DNA of 63,989 nt, the filler included, from an uncultured Acidimicrobiia bacterium (GTDB taxonomy: Bacteria > Actinomycetota > Acidimicrobiia > Spongiisociales > JAOTWH01), in assembly GCA_964347285.1 (NCBI GenBank). It is 3 parts of 3 records of this genome, joined end to end, with 100 filler letters (N's around TTAATTAATTAA, not from the genome) between each part and the next. Parts side by side here need not be neighbours in the genome. Positions count along the whole stretch, not along the records: positions 1 to 26,060 come from CAYFYE010000028.1; 2 more parts are not named here. One strand, given 5' to 3'. The notes under the pieces were generated by a model that saw only the letters and a program-made list of their open reading frames with translations, did not search any database and was not told where the DNA came from. This document shows, one piece after another, positions 1-9,946 of this stretch. The translations under genes were made by a program, and so were the position numbers. The number at the start of each line of letters is the position of its first letter. Position 1 is the stretch's first letter.

Positions 1-33
1 GGCCTCGGGCCGGGTACCGTATGCATCCGCCCC

Positions 34-1170
34 ATGCTCCCCAAACGCCCGCCTTCCCCGATCCGGACCGTCGCGGCCGGCCTGGCCCTGGCACTGGTGG
101 CGGCCGCCTGCGCCACCGCCCGGGGAACCGAGCCCGATCCGACCGCCGCCACCACGGTCCCCGCTTCCACCACGCCGCCGACGACGCCGACGACAGCACC
201 TCCGGCCGACCCGCTACCGCCGCCGACCCCGGCCGTCGACCCGCCACCGCCGACCCCCGAGCCGTCGCCGCCCGCCCCCTCTCGCAGGCCCATCGTCATT
301 CACGCCACGGGGGATGTCAGCCTCGATCCCGCCTACGTAGCCACGTTCGGCAGCGAGGGCTACGACTACGCCTGGTCCGGATTGGAGGGGCTGTTCGTCG
401 GAGACGATCTCACGATCATCAACCTGGAGTGCGTGGTCTCCGAGCTGGGGGCTCCGCTCGACAAGGAGTTCACGTTCCGCTGCGATCCCGAGGCTCTCCC
501 GGCGGCCCGCGCCGCCGGAGTGGACGTAGCCAACCTCGCCAACAACCACTCCGGTGACTACGGATCCGAGGCGGCTGCCGATTCCCGCCTGCAGGTAGAG
601 GCGTCGGGCATTGCTCCGGTGGGGGTGGGACGGGATGTCGATGAGGCCTATGCCCCCGCCTTCTTCGAGGCGGGGGGGTGGAAGATCGCAGTGATCGGTC
701 TCGGGGCGGTCATCCCCAGCACATCATGGGTGGCGACCGAGGATCGGGCCGGCCAGGCCAACGGGCACGATGTGGAGGCGGTGTCCGCAGCCATCGAAAC
801 GGCCGACGAGGCGGCCGATGTCGTGCTGGTGACCATCCACTGGGGCCACGAGCTCGACACCCGTCCCGTGCAGTGGCAGATCGAGTTGGCCGAGGCGATG
901 ATCGATGCCGGGGCCGACGCCATCTTCGGCCACCACTCCCACCGGCTCAATCCGATCGGCTGGTATCGAGGTCGCCCCATCGCCTGGGGCCTGGGCAACT
1001 TCGTGTGGCCCCGGCTGTCGACGCCTTCGGCCACCACGGCCGTAGCCGAGGTCGTCGTACGTCCCGACGGCCGCTTCGACGCCTGCCTGATCCCGGCGTT
1101 CATCGCCGATCACGGGCACCCGGTGATCGACGAGCCGTACCGGGGGGCCTGTATGGCGTTTCCCGGTTAG
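34..1170 (+). CDS. CapA-family (PGA_cap) metallophosphoesterase lipoprotein
   Basis: Lipobox LVAAAC, Thr/Pro linker, motifs GDV, NLEC, ANNHSGDYG, IHWGHE, GHHSH, LGNFV typical of CapA. Confidence 0.9.
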   Translation: MLPKRPPSPIRTVAAGLALALVAAACATARGTEPDPTAATTVPASTTPPTTPTTAPPADPLPPPTPAVDPPPPTPEPSPPAPSRRPIVIHATGDVSLDPAYVATFGSEGYDYAWSGLEGLFVGDDLTIINLECVVSELGAPLDKEFTFRCDPEALPAARAAGVDVANLANNHSGDYGSEAAADSRLQVEASGIAPVGVGRDVDEAYAPAFFEAGGWKIAVIGLGAVIPSTSWVATEDRAGQANGHDVEAVSAAIETADEAADVVLVTIHWGHELDTRPVQWQIELAEAMIDAGADAIFGHHSHRLNPIGWYRGRPIAWGLGNFVWPRLSTPSATTAVAEVVVRPDGRFDACLIPAFIADHGHPVIDEPYRGACMAFPG

Positions 1171-2420
1171 GCGGGGCGCTCCAGCAGCATGGCGGCGGCG
1201 GTGGCGCCGGCCCCGCACACGCTCACCAGCCCGTACCGTGCCCGGCGCCGGGCCATCTCGTTGGCAAGGGTGGTGACGATGCGGGCCCCGGTGGCTGCGA
1301 AGGGGTGGCCGACTGCGATCGAGCTGCCGAGGGGGTTCAGCTTCTCCCGGTCGACCTTGCCGATCGACGGCTCTTTCCAGCCCTGCTCCCAGGCCGCCAG
1401 GTTGCAGGCCACCTGGCCGCCGAATGCCTCGTGCATCTCGACGATGTCGATGTCCTCGAGCTCGACGCCCGCCTTGCGGAGCAGCCTTGGGACCGCCACC
1501 CCGGGGCCCATCAGCAGCCCGTCGTCGGGGTGGATCGAGGCGAACTCGAAGGCGGCGAGGTAGGCGAGCGGCTGCTTGCCCAGCTCTCGGGCCTTCTCCT
1601 CGCTCATCAATAGCACGGCCGCCGCTCCGTCCGTCAGCGGACTCGAGTTCCCGGCGGTGAGGGTCCCCTCCGGGCTTCGGTCGAACACCGGGGGCAGCTT
1701 GGCCAGCTTCTCCATCGTGGTATCGGGGCGAATGATCGTGTCGGCGGCGATGCCGTCGAGGGGAACGATCTCCGCCGGCAAACGGCCGTCCTCGGTGGCT
1801 GCGGCCCCTTTCATGTGGCTGCGGTAGGCAATCTCGTCCTGCTCGACGCGGCTGATACCCCATTCCTTCACCATGATCTCGCAATGTTCACCCATCGAGA
1901 GGCCGGTCGAGGGCTCGGTGACGCCGGGGGTCTTGGGGGTGAGATCGGAGGGCCTGAGCCGGACCAGGGTCTTGATCTTGTCGGGTACGGTCCGGGCCCC
2001 GGCCAGGTCGACGAACACCCGAGTGGCCCGCCGGCTCCACAGCATCGAGGGATTCGACACGGCATCGACCCCGCCGGCGATGCCGACCTCGGCCCGCCCG
2101 GACGCAATGGCGTCGTACGTCATGGCGATTCCGGTGTTGGAGGTGATGCAGTTGTCGGTGATCGTGATGGCGCGGGTCGACGCCGGGAGGCGGGAGGCCA
2201 GGGCCACCTCGCGAGCCATGTGCGGAACTCGAGCATCCACCACCACGATGCCGAAGGTGAGCTGGTCGACCAGCTCGGGATCGAGCTCCTGGCGGTCGAG
2301 CAGGCCGTCGACGGCATGGACCGCCAGATCGAGCGGAGGGTGCTCTTTGAAATGAGTGCCGGCTTTGACGAAGGGGGTGCGGGCGCCGCCCACGATCGCT
2401 ACCCGGGGCGTGTCGGTCAT
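1167..2420 (-). CDS. Acetyl-CoA C-acyltransferase (thiolase, FadI-like)
   Basis: GARTPF, catalytic Cys (DNCITS), MHEAF, GHPFAATG, CGAG thiolase motifs. Confidence 0.93.
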   Translation of the reverse strand: MTDTPRVAIVGGARTPFVKAGTHFKEHPPLDLAVHAVDGLLDRQELDPELVDQLTFGIVVVDARVPHMAREVALASRLPASTRAITITDNCITSNTGIAMTYDAIASGRAEVGIAGGVDAVSNPSMLWSRRATRVFVDLAGARTVPDKIKTLVRLRPSDLTPKTPGVTEPSTGLSMGEHCEIMVKEWGISRVEQDEIAYRSHMKGAAATEDGRLPAEIVPLDGIAADTIIRPDTTMEKLAKLPPVFDRSPEGTLTAGNSSPLTDGAAAVLLMSEEKARELGKQPLAYLAAFEFASIHPDDGLLMGPGVAVPRLLRKAGVELEDIDIVEMHEAFGGQVACNLAAWEQGWKEPSIGKVDREKLNPLGSSIAVGHPFAATGARIVTTLANEMARRRARYGLVSVCGAGATAAAMLLERPA

Positions 2421-2480
2421 CGCTCTCTCCTCGGTCGATGAGCCGAAACTACTAGGGAACCGGGACTCCGGAGTCGGCAG

Positions 2481-3698
2481 TCAGACGGCGGCCGGCACGG
2501 GGTGCCTTCGCATGCGTTCCCGCAGCTGCATGATGATGGTGGCCGATGCCAGCAGGAGCAGCGGTAGCAGCAACGCCTGGCTGCTCCCGAGCAATGCCCG
2601 GAGGAGCGCTTCGAGGATGACGAAAGGAGACAGGACCCCGGTGACGATGGCCGGAGGCAGGGCCACCTCCATCCGTTCGGTGAGGCCGGCGGTCAGGCTG
2701 CCGATGGTCGAGGGCCGGTCGTCTTCAGCCGTGGACGTGCCCCCCACCGGCACCGTTACTTCGTAGCGGCCGAGGGCCGCGTCGACGTCGGCGGCGGCCA
2801 GCACGGTTTGAGCAAAGGAGGAACCGGGAGCGGGATCGGCTGGGGCGGCTCCGTCGATCGCCGCTGAGGGCTCCGCCGGTTCGGTCACCGTCGGGGCCGG
2901 ATGGGCGGTCTCGAGAAGGCCGGGCGAGGGAAGTCTTGCCGCTCTAGTCCCCCTTTGCGGCTGCTCGAACACGGTCGTCGTCGGCGACGGAGCCACGGTC
3001 GTGGTGGGGGAGGGAGCCGTCTTCTTTGGCGGGGATTTGCCGGGGGTCGGGGGAGGGTTCGGCGGCGCGGCGGCCGGCACTGGTGCACTGGAGGTCGGGA
3101 TCGTCGTCGTGGTCGTCGTCGTGGTCGTCGTCGTGGTTGTGGTCGTCGTCGTNNNNNNNNNNNNNNNNNNNNNNNNNNNNNNNNNNNNNNNNNNNNNNNN
3201 NNNNNNNNNNNNNNNNNNNNNNNNNNNNNNNNNNNNNNNNNNNNNNNNNNNNGTCGTCGTCGTGGTGGTCGTGGTGGTGGTGGTGGTCGTGGTAGACGGA
3301 GGGCTCACCGAGCCGGCAATGTCGGAGATCTCAGCATGATGGTCGTCTCTGATCGCCTTCAGCTGCGTTTTGGCATCTCTGACCTGGGCTTGGTCCTCAG
3401 GGTAGGCGTCTGCCAGGGCCTTCAAGTCGGCTTTGCCCAATTCAACGATCTCATCGATCTCGACGTGGGCTTCGGCCTCCCAGGCATCGAGCTCGGCCGG
3501 GCTGGAGGCGCTCGGTGCCCTGGCTTCGAACCCGAGGACGACCTCTCCCATGGTGGCCTCTGCCGCGTCGAGGATGGCTTCGATGGGTCCGTCGACGACC
3601 GAGCCGTCGGCGGCGGCCGGCGCGGCGACCGTCCCGGCCAGCAGCAGCGCAAGGGCTGCTGCAGCCATGGCGTTCATCGGCCTCAGCGATCTCTCCAT
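2481..3698 (-). CDS. Hypothetical secreted/membrane-anchored protein with poly-Thr stalk (spans N gap)
   Basis: N-terminal signal peptide, helical domain, long Thr run, C-terminal hydrophobic helix plus basic tail. Frame across the gap is uncertain. Confidence 0.6.
   Translation of the reverse strand: MERSLRPMNAMAAAALALLLAGTVAAPAAADGSVVDGPIEAILDAAEATMGEVVLGFEARAPSASSPAELDAWEAEAHVEIDEIVELGKADLKALADAYPEDQAQVRDAKTQLKAIRDDHHAEISDIAGSVSPPSTTTTTTTTTTTTTXXXXXXXXXXXXXXXXXXXXXXXXXXXXXXXXXXTTTTTTTTTTTTTTTTTIPTSSAPVPAAAPPNPPPTPGKSPPKKTAPSPTTTVAPSPTTTVFEQPQRGTRAARLPSPGLLETAHPAPTVTEPAEPSAAIDGAAPADPAPGSSFAQTVLAAADVDAALGRYEVTVPVGGTSTAEDDRPSTIGSLTAGLTERMEVALPPAIVTGVLSPFVILEALLRALLGSSQALLLPLLLLASATIIMQLRERMRRHPVPAAV
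3102..3293. repeat. GTC/GTG trinucleotide low-complexity tract (poly-Thr codons) containing a 100-N assembly gap (3153-3252)
   Basis: Directly visible tandem gtc/gtg triplets flanking the Ns. Confidence 0.9.
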
Positions 3699-3823
3699 GC
3701 CAATGAGATCGGAATCCGGGGTGGTCGGTCTTTATCGGACGAGGGCGTCATTTCGTCGACGTCGAGGGGGCTAGTCCCTTTCTCAAGTGACCCACTGGTG
3801 GGGCCGAAAACACTGGAGATCCC

Positions 3824-5170
3824 ATGGCGCAGAAAAAGGGCACCGGCGGCCTCGTGGCCGGATCCGTCGTGGCCGTCGTGGCCATCTTGATTTCGCTCGC
3901 CGTCGTGTTCGCCAACAAAGAAGGTTCGTCACAGGTGGCCGAACACGGTCGGATCGCCATACGGGCTGAGGCAACCCTGAGTGCCGCCTCCGCTGCCCGC
4001 AATGCGGTGGGACAGGCCGTCGTGCTGGCGCGGCGAGGCGACGTGGGGGCGGCGGCCGGCAACGTTGTCACCGAAGGCCTGGCCGCCGCGGAGGCGCTGG
4101 TCGTCGAGCTGGATCGCCGTTTCGAGATCCTCCTCGGCGAGCTGCCCAGAGATGATCTCGACGAGGCACTCATCGAAGCCCAGGCCGACTTTCGGGAGGT
4201 CACCGGCCAGGTGCTGGAAGCGGTCCGGGCCGGCGATCTCGATCGTGCCGAGCGCCTGGCCGGGGAATCGGCCCAAGAAGGATACGAAGCCCTGGTGGCC
4301 CGGCTGGTGGACTTGCGCAACACCCGCACCGCCCAGGTGGTCCTGGCCGGCGACGGAGTGGGCCGAGTCGCCGACGCCGCCCGGTTCCTGGTGGCCTTCG
4401 TCGTGCCGCTGGGGGCCATGCTGGGCTATCGGCGCGTGGTGCGGGTGCGGCAGCGGCGTCGCGAGCTGGAGCAGAGTCTTCAGCACGAACGGGAGATGAG
4501 CCGATCGAAAGACGAGTTCATCGCCAACCTGTCCCACGAGCTGCGCACCCCTCTCACCGGGATCCACGGCTTTGCCCTGACGCTCGAGGAGAGCGGCTTC
4601 GAAGACCGGCAGACTGCTGCGGAGATGACCGCGGTGATCGTCGGCGAATCGGCCGAGCTGATGCGGATGGTCGACGACTTGCTGGCGGTGGGCAAGCTCG
4701 AGGCCGGTGACATGAGCTACGAGATCGACGACGTCACGGTCTCCGAGGAGCTGGAAGCGGTGCTCGACCCCTTCGAGCGTACCGGCCGGGTGTTTTCGGT
4801 CGAATGCGAGCCGGCGGTGGTGCGGGCCGACCGGCTTCGCGTCCGTCAAGTGCTTCGCAACCTCGTGTCGAATGCCTGCAAGCACGGAGGTCCGACAATC
4901 TCAATCCAGGGCGAAGCCGGCGAGGGCACCTACCTCCTCGAGGTGATCGACGACGGCGACGGAGTCCCTCCCGAGCTAGAAGTGAGGCTGTTCGAGCGCT
5001 ACGTGCATGAGGGATCGGCACCGCTTCTCGCAGGCAGCGTGGGGCTCGGTCTGGCCATTGCGTACTCGTTGGCAGACGGGATGGACGGTCGTTTGTCGTA
5101 TCGGCGGGACGACGGACTCTCCGTGTTCGAGCTCCGAGTCCCGCTGGCCCAGGCTCCGATGGCGGCGTGA
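3824..5170 (+). CDS. Membrane sensor histidine kinase (HisKA + HATPase_c)
   Basis: Two TM helices, H-box SHELRTPL, N-box NLVSNACKH, DDGDG, GLGLAI. Confidence 0.93.
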   Translation: MAQKKGTGGLVAGSVVAVVAILISLAVVFANKEGSSQVAEHGRIAIRAEATLSAASAARNAVGQAVVLARRGDVGAAAGNVVTEGLAAAEALVVELDRRFEILLGELPRDDLDEALIEAQADFREVTGQVLEAVRAGDLDRAERLAGESAQEGYEALVARLVDLRNTRTAQVVLAGDGVGRVADAARFLVAFVVPLGAMLGYRRVVRVRQRRRELEQSLQHEREMSRSKDEFIANLSHELRTPLTGIHGFALTLEESGFEDRQTAAEMTAVIVGESAELMRMVDDLLAVGKLEAGDMSYEIDDVTVSEELEAVLDPFERTGRVFSVECEPAVVRADRLRVRQVLRNLVSNACKHGGPTISIQGEAGEGTYLLEVIDDGDGVPPELEVRLFERYVHEGSAPLLAGSVGLGLAIAYSLADGMDGRLSYRRDDGLSVFELRVPLAQAPMAA

Positions 5171-5303
5171 AGTCGGTCTAGCGCGTCGGCCTCAGGTCCC
5201 AAGCATGGAGGCAACGGGGCGTTGTACCCTTGTAGTCCGGTGCCTACCGGTTCATGATGAAGATGTAGCGGTGCCCGGCTTGGGGGTAGAGGGCGGCGTC
5301 GTG

Positions 5304-6959
5304 ATGTGGTTGAAATCGGCTGAGGGGGATCGGGGCCGGTTGCGCCACCGTCGACTCTTGCTGGCGGTGTCGATGACGCTGCCGGTACTCGAAACGGCCG
5401 TATTGCTGGCGCTGGGAATCTCCTCGGGTCTGGCCCTGGCGCCCCAGGTCACCGCCATCGGACCTCTTGGGGTGTTCCACGACCTTCGCTGGCTGTTGGT
5501 CTTCCACGATTCGTTCGCCGCCTTCGCCGCCGGCTTGGCTCTCCTGGTGGCGTTCCGCTCGATGCTGACTGCGGTCCAGGTCTGGGCGGCCTGGCCCCAT
5601 CGGTCGGCCGCTCCCTCGTTCCGTTCGCTGCTGCGGAGGGCCACGGTGGCAACGCTGGTTGCGGTCGTCCTGCTCTCCCCCTGGACGGTGCTGCTCTTTG
5701 GATTTGCGGTGGTGCCGATCTCGTGGGTGTTCTTCGCCTCGGTTCCGCCGGCGGCATTGACGATTCTGTTGCTGCATCACAGCGGTATCGAGAAAGACTG
5801 GTGGCGCCGGCTGCCCCCGCTGCGTTCGGTGGGCTGGATCCTGTTCTCGTTCTTCGTGCTCAGCCTCAGCGCCCTGTTCATGAGAGAGGTCGCCCCGTGG
5901 TCGGCCCTGGGGGTGGCCGCCGCCTCGGGCCTCTTCAACGCCTGGGCCTGGAACGGAGCGGCCCGGGCTGCGGCGGGCCGTCGTCGCTCCCGTCGCCTCG
6001 TTCCGGTGACTCCGATTGCCCTCCTGGCAGTCCTGGCCCTCGTGATCGGGGGTTCCGGCGTCGGGTTCGGATTCCAGGGCTACGAACCGGCGGGCGGCCC
6101 GGTGGCGGTCGAGGAAGGGCCGTCGACCCCCGTCCTCGTGGTGACCGGGTTTGCCGGCGCCTGTTGTGACGGGGCCGACGAGCTCGACGATCTTCCCGGG
6201 ATTGCCGCCGAGCAGTTCTCCTATCGAGGCCTCGATTCCTGGGGCCGGCCGCTGCCCCATTCCGGTGCGGCCACGGATCGCGATTTGGCGGCGCTCGCCC
6301 TATCGATGACCGACCAGGTGGAGGCCCTGGCCGACCGCCACGGGCGCCCGGTCTCCATCGTCGCCGAGAGTGAGGGCACGCTGGTGGCGCGGCTCTATCT
6401 GGCCGGCGATCCGGAAGCTCCGGTGGATCGGTTCCTGATGCTCAGCCCCATCGTGGATCCGGGCCGGGTCTTCTACCCGCCGCAGGGTGAGGAGGGGCGA
6501 GGCGTGGTCGCCGGGTACGAGCTTCGAGCCGTTTCGGCGCTGCTCGACGCGTTGGCCCCCTTCGACGTGTCGGCCGACAGCCCGTTGCTGCGTTCGATCC
6601 AGGATGCGGCCCCCCTGCTCCGACATTCGATGAGCTGTCGCCTCCCCGGTGTGGAAGAGGCTGCCATCGTGCCTCTGGCCGATGCCGTGGTCGATCCGGA
6701 CGGCCGACCGGCCGGCATACCCACGTCGGTCGTTCCCGCCTTCCATGGGGGTCTGATCGGAAACGACGGCAGCAGAGCGATGATCGCCGCCTGGATCCGG
6801 GGCGAGGATCTGCCCCAATCGTCGACCTGGGATGCGGCCGGTTGGCTCGTTTCCGGTGGTGCCGCCGCCTGGCACGTGCCCGACCTGGCGCCGTACGATG
6901 AACGGGACGAGGAGCTGGAGCCGACCGGGCCGTGCACGGCGCCGGCCGGTGATCTCTAG
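5304..6959 (+). CDS. Multi-pass membrane protein with C-terminal alpha/beta-hydrolase-like domain
   Basis: About 8 hydrophobic segments, then VLVVTGF, nucleophile-elbow-like AESEG, late His (FHGG). Start chosen at ATG 5304. Confidence 0.65.
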   Translation: MWLKSAEGDRGRLRHRRLLLAVSMTLPVLETAVLLALGISSGLALAPQVTAIGPLGVFHDLRWLLVFHDSFAAFAAGLALLVAFRSMLTAVQVWAAWPHRSAAPSFRSLLRRATVATLVAVVLLSPWTVLLFGFAVVPISWVFFASVPPAALTILLLHHSGIEKDWWRRLPPLRSVGWILFSFFVLSLSALFMREVAPWSALGVAAASGLFNAWAWNGAARAAAGRRRSRRLVPVTPIALLAVLALVIGGSGVGFGFQGYEPAGGPVAVEEGPSTPVLVVTGFAGACCDGADELDDLPGIAAEQFSYRGLDSWGRPLPHSGAATDRDLAALALSMTDQVEALADRHGRPVSIVAESEGTLVARLYLAGDPEAPVDRFLMLSPIVDPGRVFYPPQGEEGRGVVAGYELRAVSALLDALAPFDVSADSPLLRSIQDAAPLLRHSMSCRLPGVEEAAIVPLADAVVDPDGRPAGIPTSVVPAFHGGLIGNDGSRAMIAAWIRGEDLPQSSTWDAAGWLVSGGAAAWHVPDLAPYDERDEELEPTGPCTAPAGDL

Positions 6960-6969
6960 GCTCCCCTCC

Positions 6970-8427
6970 ATGGACGAGCTCATTCCCCACAACCCCTTGA
7001 CCGGGGAGCCGCTGCCGGCGGTGCCGGTGGCCGGCCCCGACGAAGTAGCCGCCGCCGTCGACCGGGCGCGGCGCGCCTTCGGTGAGTGGAGTGCCGTGGA
7101 GCCGGCGGAGCGCCGCCCCTACCTCCGGGCCCTGCGCCGGGCCATCGCCGACAACGTCGACCGGATCGGCGACACCATCCGGGCCGAAACCGGCAAGGAT
7201 CGGGGCGAGACCATGCACGCCGAACTGCTGGCCTCGGTGCTGCACGCCCGCTACGTCGCCAAGGCCGCTCCCCGGGTGCTGAAAAGGCGCCGGGTCTCCT
7301 CGTTCCCGGCTTATCACAAGTCGGCGTGGGTGGAGTACCACCCGCGCGGGGTGGCGGCCGTGATCGGCCCGTGGAACTACCCATTCCTGCTCCCGTTCCA
7401 GCCGACGGTGACCGCCCTGGCGGCCGGATGCACGGTGGTGCTGAAGCCCTCCGAGGTGACCCCGCACTCGGGCGAGCTGATCGCCGAGCTGGTGACCGAA
7501 GCCGGTTTCCCGCCAGGAGCCGTCGAGGTGGTCCACGGCGCCGCCGACACCGGAAGGGCCCTGATCGACTCCGGGGTGGACATCGTCTCGTTCACCGGCT
7601 CCAGCGCCACCGCCCGCAAGGTGGCCGCCCAGGCGGCCCAGCATCTCATTCCGCTGGTCATGGAGCTGGGCGGCAGCGACGCCATGATCGTGCTCGAGGA
7701 TGCCGACCTCACCCGGGCTGCCCGGGGTGCGGTGTGGGGCGCCTGCTTCAACGCCGGCCAGAACTGCATCGCCGTGGAACGGGTGTACGTGGTAGAGGAG
7801 GTCTACGGCCAGTTCCTTTCCGAGATCGACGAGGCCATCGGCGCCGTCGAGGCATCGTCCGATCCCAAGCGAGGCATCGGGCCGATCATCGATCCGGAGC
7901 AATTCAAGGTCATCGAGCGCCACATCGACGACGCCGTGGCCGGTGGGGCCCGGCTGGTCCACGGCGGCCGCCGGGAGGGACCGTTCTTCCAGCCCACAGT
8001 GCTGGTCGACGTCGATCAGTCATCGGCGCTCATGCACGAGGAGACGTTCGGCCCGGTGCTGCCGATCGTCAAGGTCGCCGATGAAGAGCAGGCTCTCCGG
8101 TTTGCCAACGACACGCCGTATGGTCTCCACGGCTCGGTGTGGACCGGCGATGCGGTGCGGGGACGCCGGTTGGCCTCCAGGATGCACACCGGTACCGTGG
8201 CGGTGAACGATGCCCTGGTGAACTACGCCATACCTGCACTGCCGTTCGGCGGCATCGGGGATTCCGGGTATGGCTCGCACACCGGGCCCGAGGGACTGAT
8301 GGCCTACTGCTGGCCCAAAGCTATCACCGACAGCCGCATCACCCCCCGCAGGGAGCTGCAGTGGTTTCCGCGCCTGGGCGGCGTCCGCCCCCGACGCCGT
8401 CTTCTCAAGCTGCTGAGCCGTCTGTAG
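6970..8427 (+). CDS. Aldehyde dehydrogenase family protein
   Basis: PWNYP, KPSE, FTGS, MELGG, catalytic Cys NAGQNC, EETFGP, PFGG. Confidence 0.95.
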   Translation: MDELIPHNPLTGEPLPAVPVAGPDEVAAAVDRARRAFGEWSAVEPAERRPYLRALRRAIADNVDRIGDTIRAETGKDRGETMHAELLASVLHARYVAKAAPRVLKRRRVSSFPAYHKSAWVEYHPRGVAAVIGPWNYPFLLPFQPTVTALAAGCTVVLKPSEVTPHSGELIAELVTEAGFPPGAVEVVHGAADTGRALIDSGVDIVSFTGSSATARKVAAQAAQHLIPLVMELGGSDAMIVLEDADLTRAARGAVWGACFNAGQNCIAVERVYVVEEVYGQFLSEIDEAIGAVEASSDPKRGIGPIIDPEQFKVIERHIDDAVAGGARLVHGGRREGPFFQPTVLVDVDQSSALMHEETFGPVLPIVKVADEEQALRFANDTPYGLHGSVWTGDAVRGRRLASRMHTGTVAVNDALVNYAIPALPFGGIGDSGYGSHTGPEGLMAYCWPKAITDSRITPRRELQWFPRLGGVRPRRRLLKLLSRL

Positions 8428-8497
8428 CTCGGAGACGTAACCACCTCGGGGGCCTTCGGGCCGGTAGGCTCGGCCGGCACAGGAGGAACGTCCTACC

Positions 8498-9331
8498 GTG
8501 ACTGTGAAGGTGGTCACCGACAGCTCGGCCATGCTGCCTGCCGAGATCGTCGCCGACCTCGACATCGCCACCGTTCCCTTGTGGCTGCATTTCGGAGACC
8601 ACTCCTACCGCGACGGGCTCGACCTGGATGCCGACGAGTTCTACCGGCGATTGGCAGCGGGGGAGATCGCCACGACGTCGTCTCCGTCGCCCGGTGACTT
8701 CCTGCGCGTGTATGAAGCCGCCGCCGACGAGGCCCATGAGGCGGTCTTCGTGGCCACGGTGGCCCGCCGGCTGTCGGCGATCTACGACTCGGCCCGGGCC
8801 GCCCTCGACGAGTTCAACAAGGTCCCCGGGGCGGTGTTCGACACCGGGACCGCCATCTCCGGAGCCTCCCTGGTGGTCATGGAGGCGGCCCGCACCGCGG
8901 CCACGGGAGCCGATCTGGCCGAGGTCGAGTTGGCGGCCGGTCGGGTCGCCGAGCAAGTGGATCTGATCGGGAGCGTCGACACCCTCCGGTACTTACGCCG
9001 CTCCGGCCGGGTCAACGTCGCCGGCTTCATTGCCGGCGAGGCACTGCGGGTGAAGCCGCTGTTCCGATTGCGGCACGGCGAGGTGGGGCGGGCCGGTTTG
9101 GCACGTAACCGCGCCGCCGCCGACGACCGCATCGTCGATGGTGTGCTCAGCGGCGCGGGCCGGCTCCACGCCGGGCTGTTCCACGCCGCCGCTCCGGAGC
9201 GAATGGAGCGGCTCGAGGCTCGGATCCGCCGAGCCCGTCCCGATGCCGAGATCCTGATGAGCTCGTTTTCACCGGCCATGGGGGCCCACACCGGGCCCGG
9301 GGTGGTGGGAGCCGCATGGTGGTACTCCTAG
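8498..9331 (+). CDS. DegV family fatty-acid-binding protein (FakB-like)
   Basis: VVTDSS, TTSSPSPGDF, LSAIY, YLRRSGR, GAHTGPG; RBS aggagg upstream. Confidence 0.92.
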   Translation: MTVKVVTDSSAMLPAEIVADLDIATVPLWLHFGDHSYRDGLDLDADEFYRRLAAGEIATTSSPSPGDFLRVYEAAADEAHEAVFVATVARRLSAIYDSARAALDEFNKVPGAVFDTGTAISGASLVVMEAARTAATGADLAEVELAAGRVAEQVDLIGSVDTLRYLRRSGRVNVAGFIAGEALRVKPLFRLRHGEVGRAGLARNRAAADDRIVDGVLSGAGRLHAGLFHAAAPERMERLEARIRRARPDAEILMSSFSPAMGAHTGPGVVGAAWWYS

Positions 9332-9912
9332 CGCTCGGCCTCGGCTACCTGCTGGGCTCGATTCCCTGGGCCTGGCTGGCCGGCAAGACCGCCGGGGTGG
9401 ATCTTCGGCAGGCCGGTTCGGGCAACGTGGGCACGGCCAATCTGAGCCGGGAGGTCGGCTTCACGCTCTCGGTGGTCACGTTCTTCCTCGACGTGGCCAA
9501 GGCGCTGGCGGCGGTGTGGATCGCTGCCGGATGGGGAGAGGCCGCCCAGGTGGCAGCCGGGTGGGGCGCCATCGTCGGGCACGGGTGGCCGGTTTGGCTG
9601 CGGTTTGTCGGCGGCCGGGCCCAGTCGGTGGTCCTGGCGGCCGGGCTGATCCTGGCGCCGGTGGGGACCCTGATCATTCTGCCGATCTTGGGCGTGGGCC
9701 TGTTCGTGTCCCGACTCGCCTCATCGTGGCTGGTGGCCGGTCCGGTCTACGTGGTCTCAGCCTTCGTCATCGACGGGGTGACCGGAGGCGTGTACGTCGT
9801 GGGAGGGGTGGTGCTCTCGATCGCCCGGAGGCTGACGGGCAGCCCGATGCTGCAGCGGGCCCCCCTGCGCCGGGCCTGGCGCACCCGGCTCATCCACGAC
9901 CGGGAGCCCTAG
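9316..9912 (+). CDS. plsY: Glycerol-3-phosphate acyltransferase PlsY family (divergent)
   Basis: GYLLGSIP, DLRQAGSGNVGTAN, DVAK, GHGWPVWLRFVGG. Confidence 0.85.
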   Translation: MVVLLALGLGYLLGSIPWAWLAGKTAGVDLRQAGSGNVGTANLSREVGFTLSVVTFFLDVAKALAAVWIAAGWGEAAQVAAGWGAIVGHGWPVWLRFVGGRAQSVVLAAGLILAPVGTLIILPILGVGLFVSRLASSWLVAGPVYVVSAFVIDGVTGGVYVVGGVVLSIARRLTGSPMLQRAPLRRAWRTRLIHDREP

Positions 9913-9946
9913 CGCCGCCGGTACTCCCCGTGCCAGACTTTGCCGG

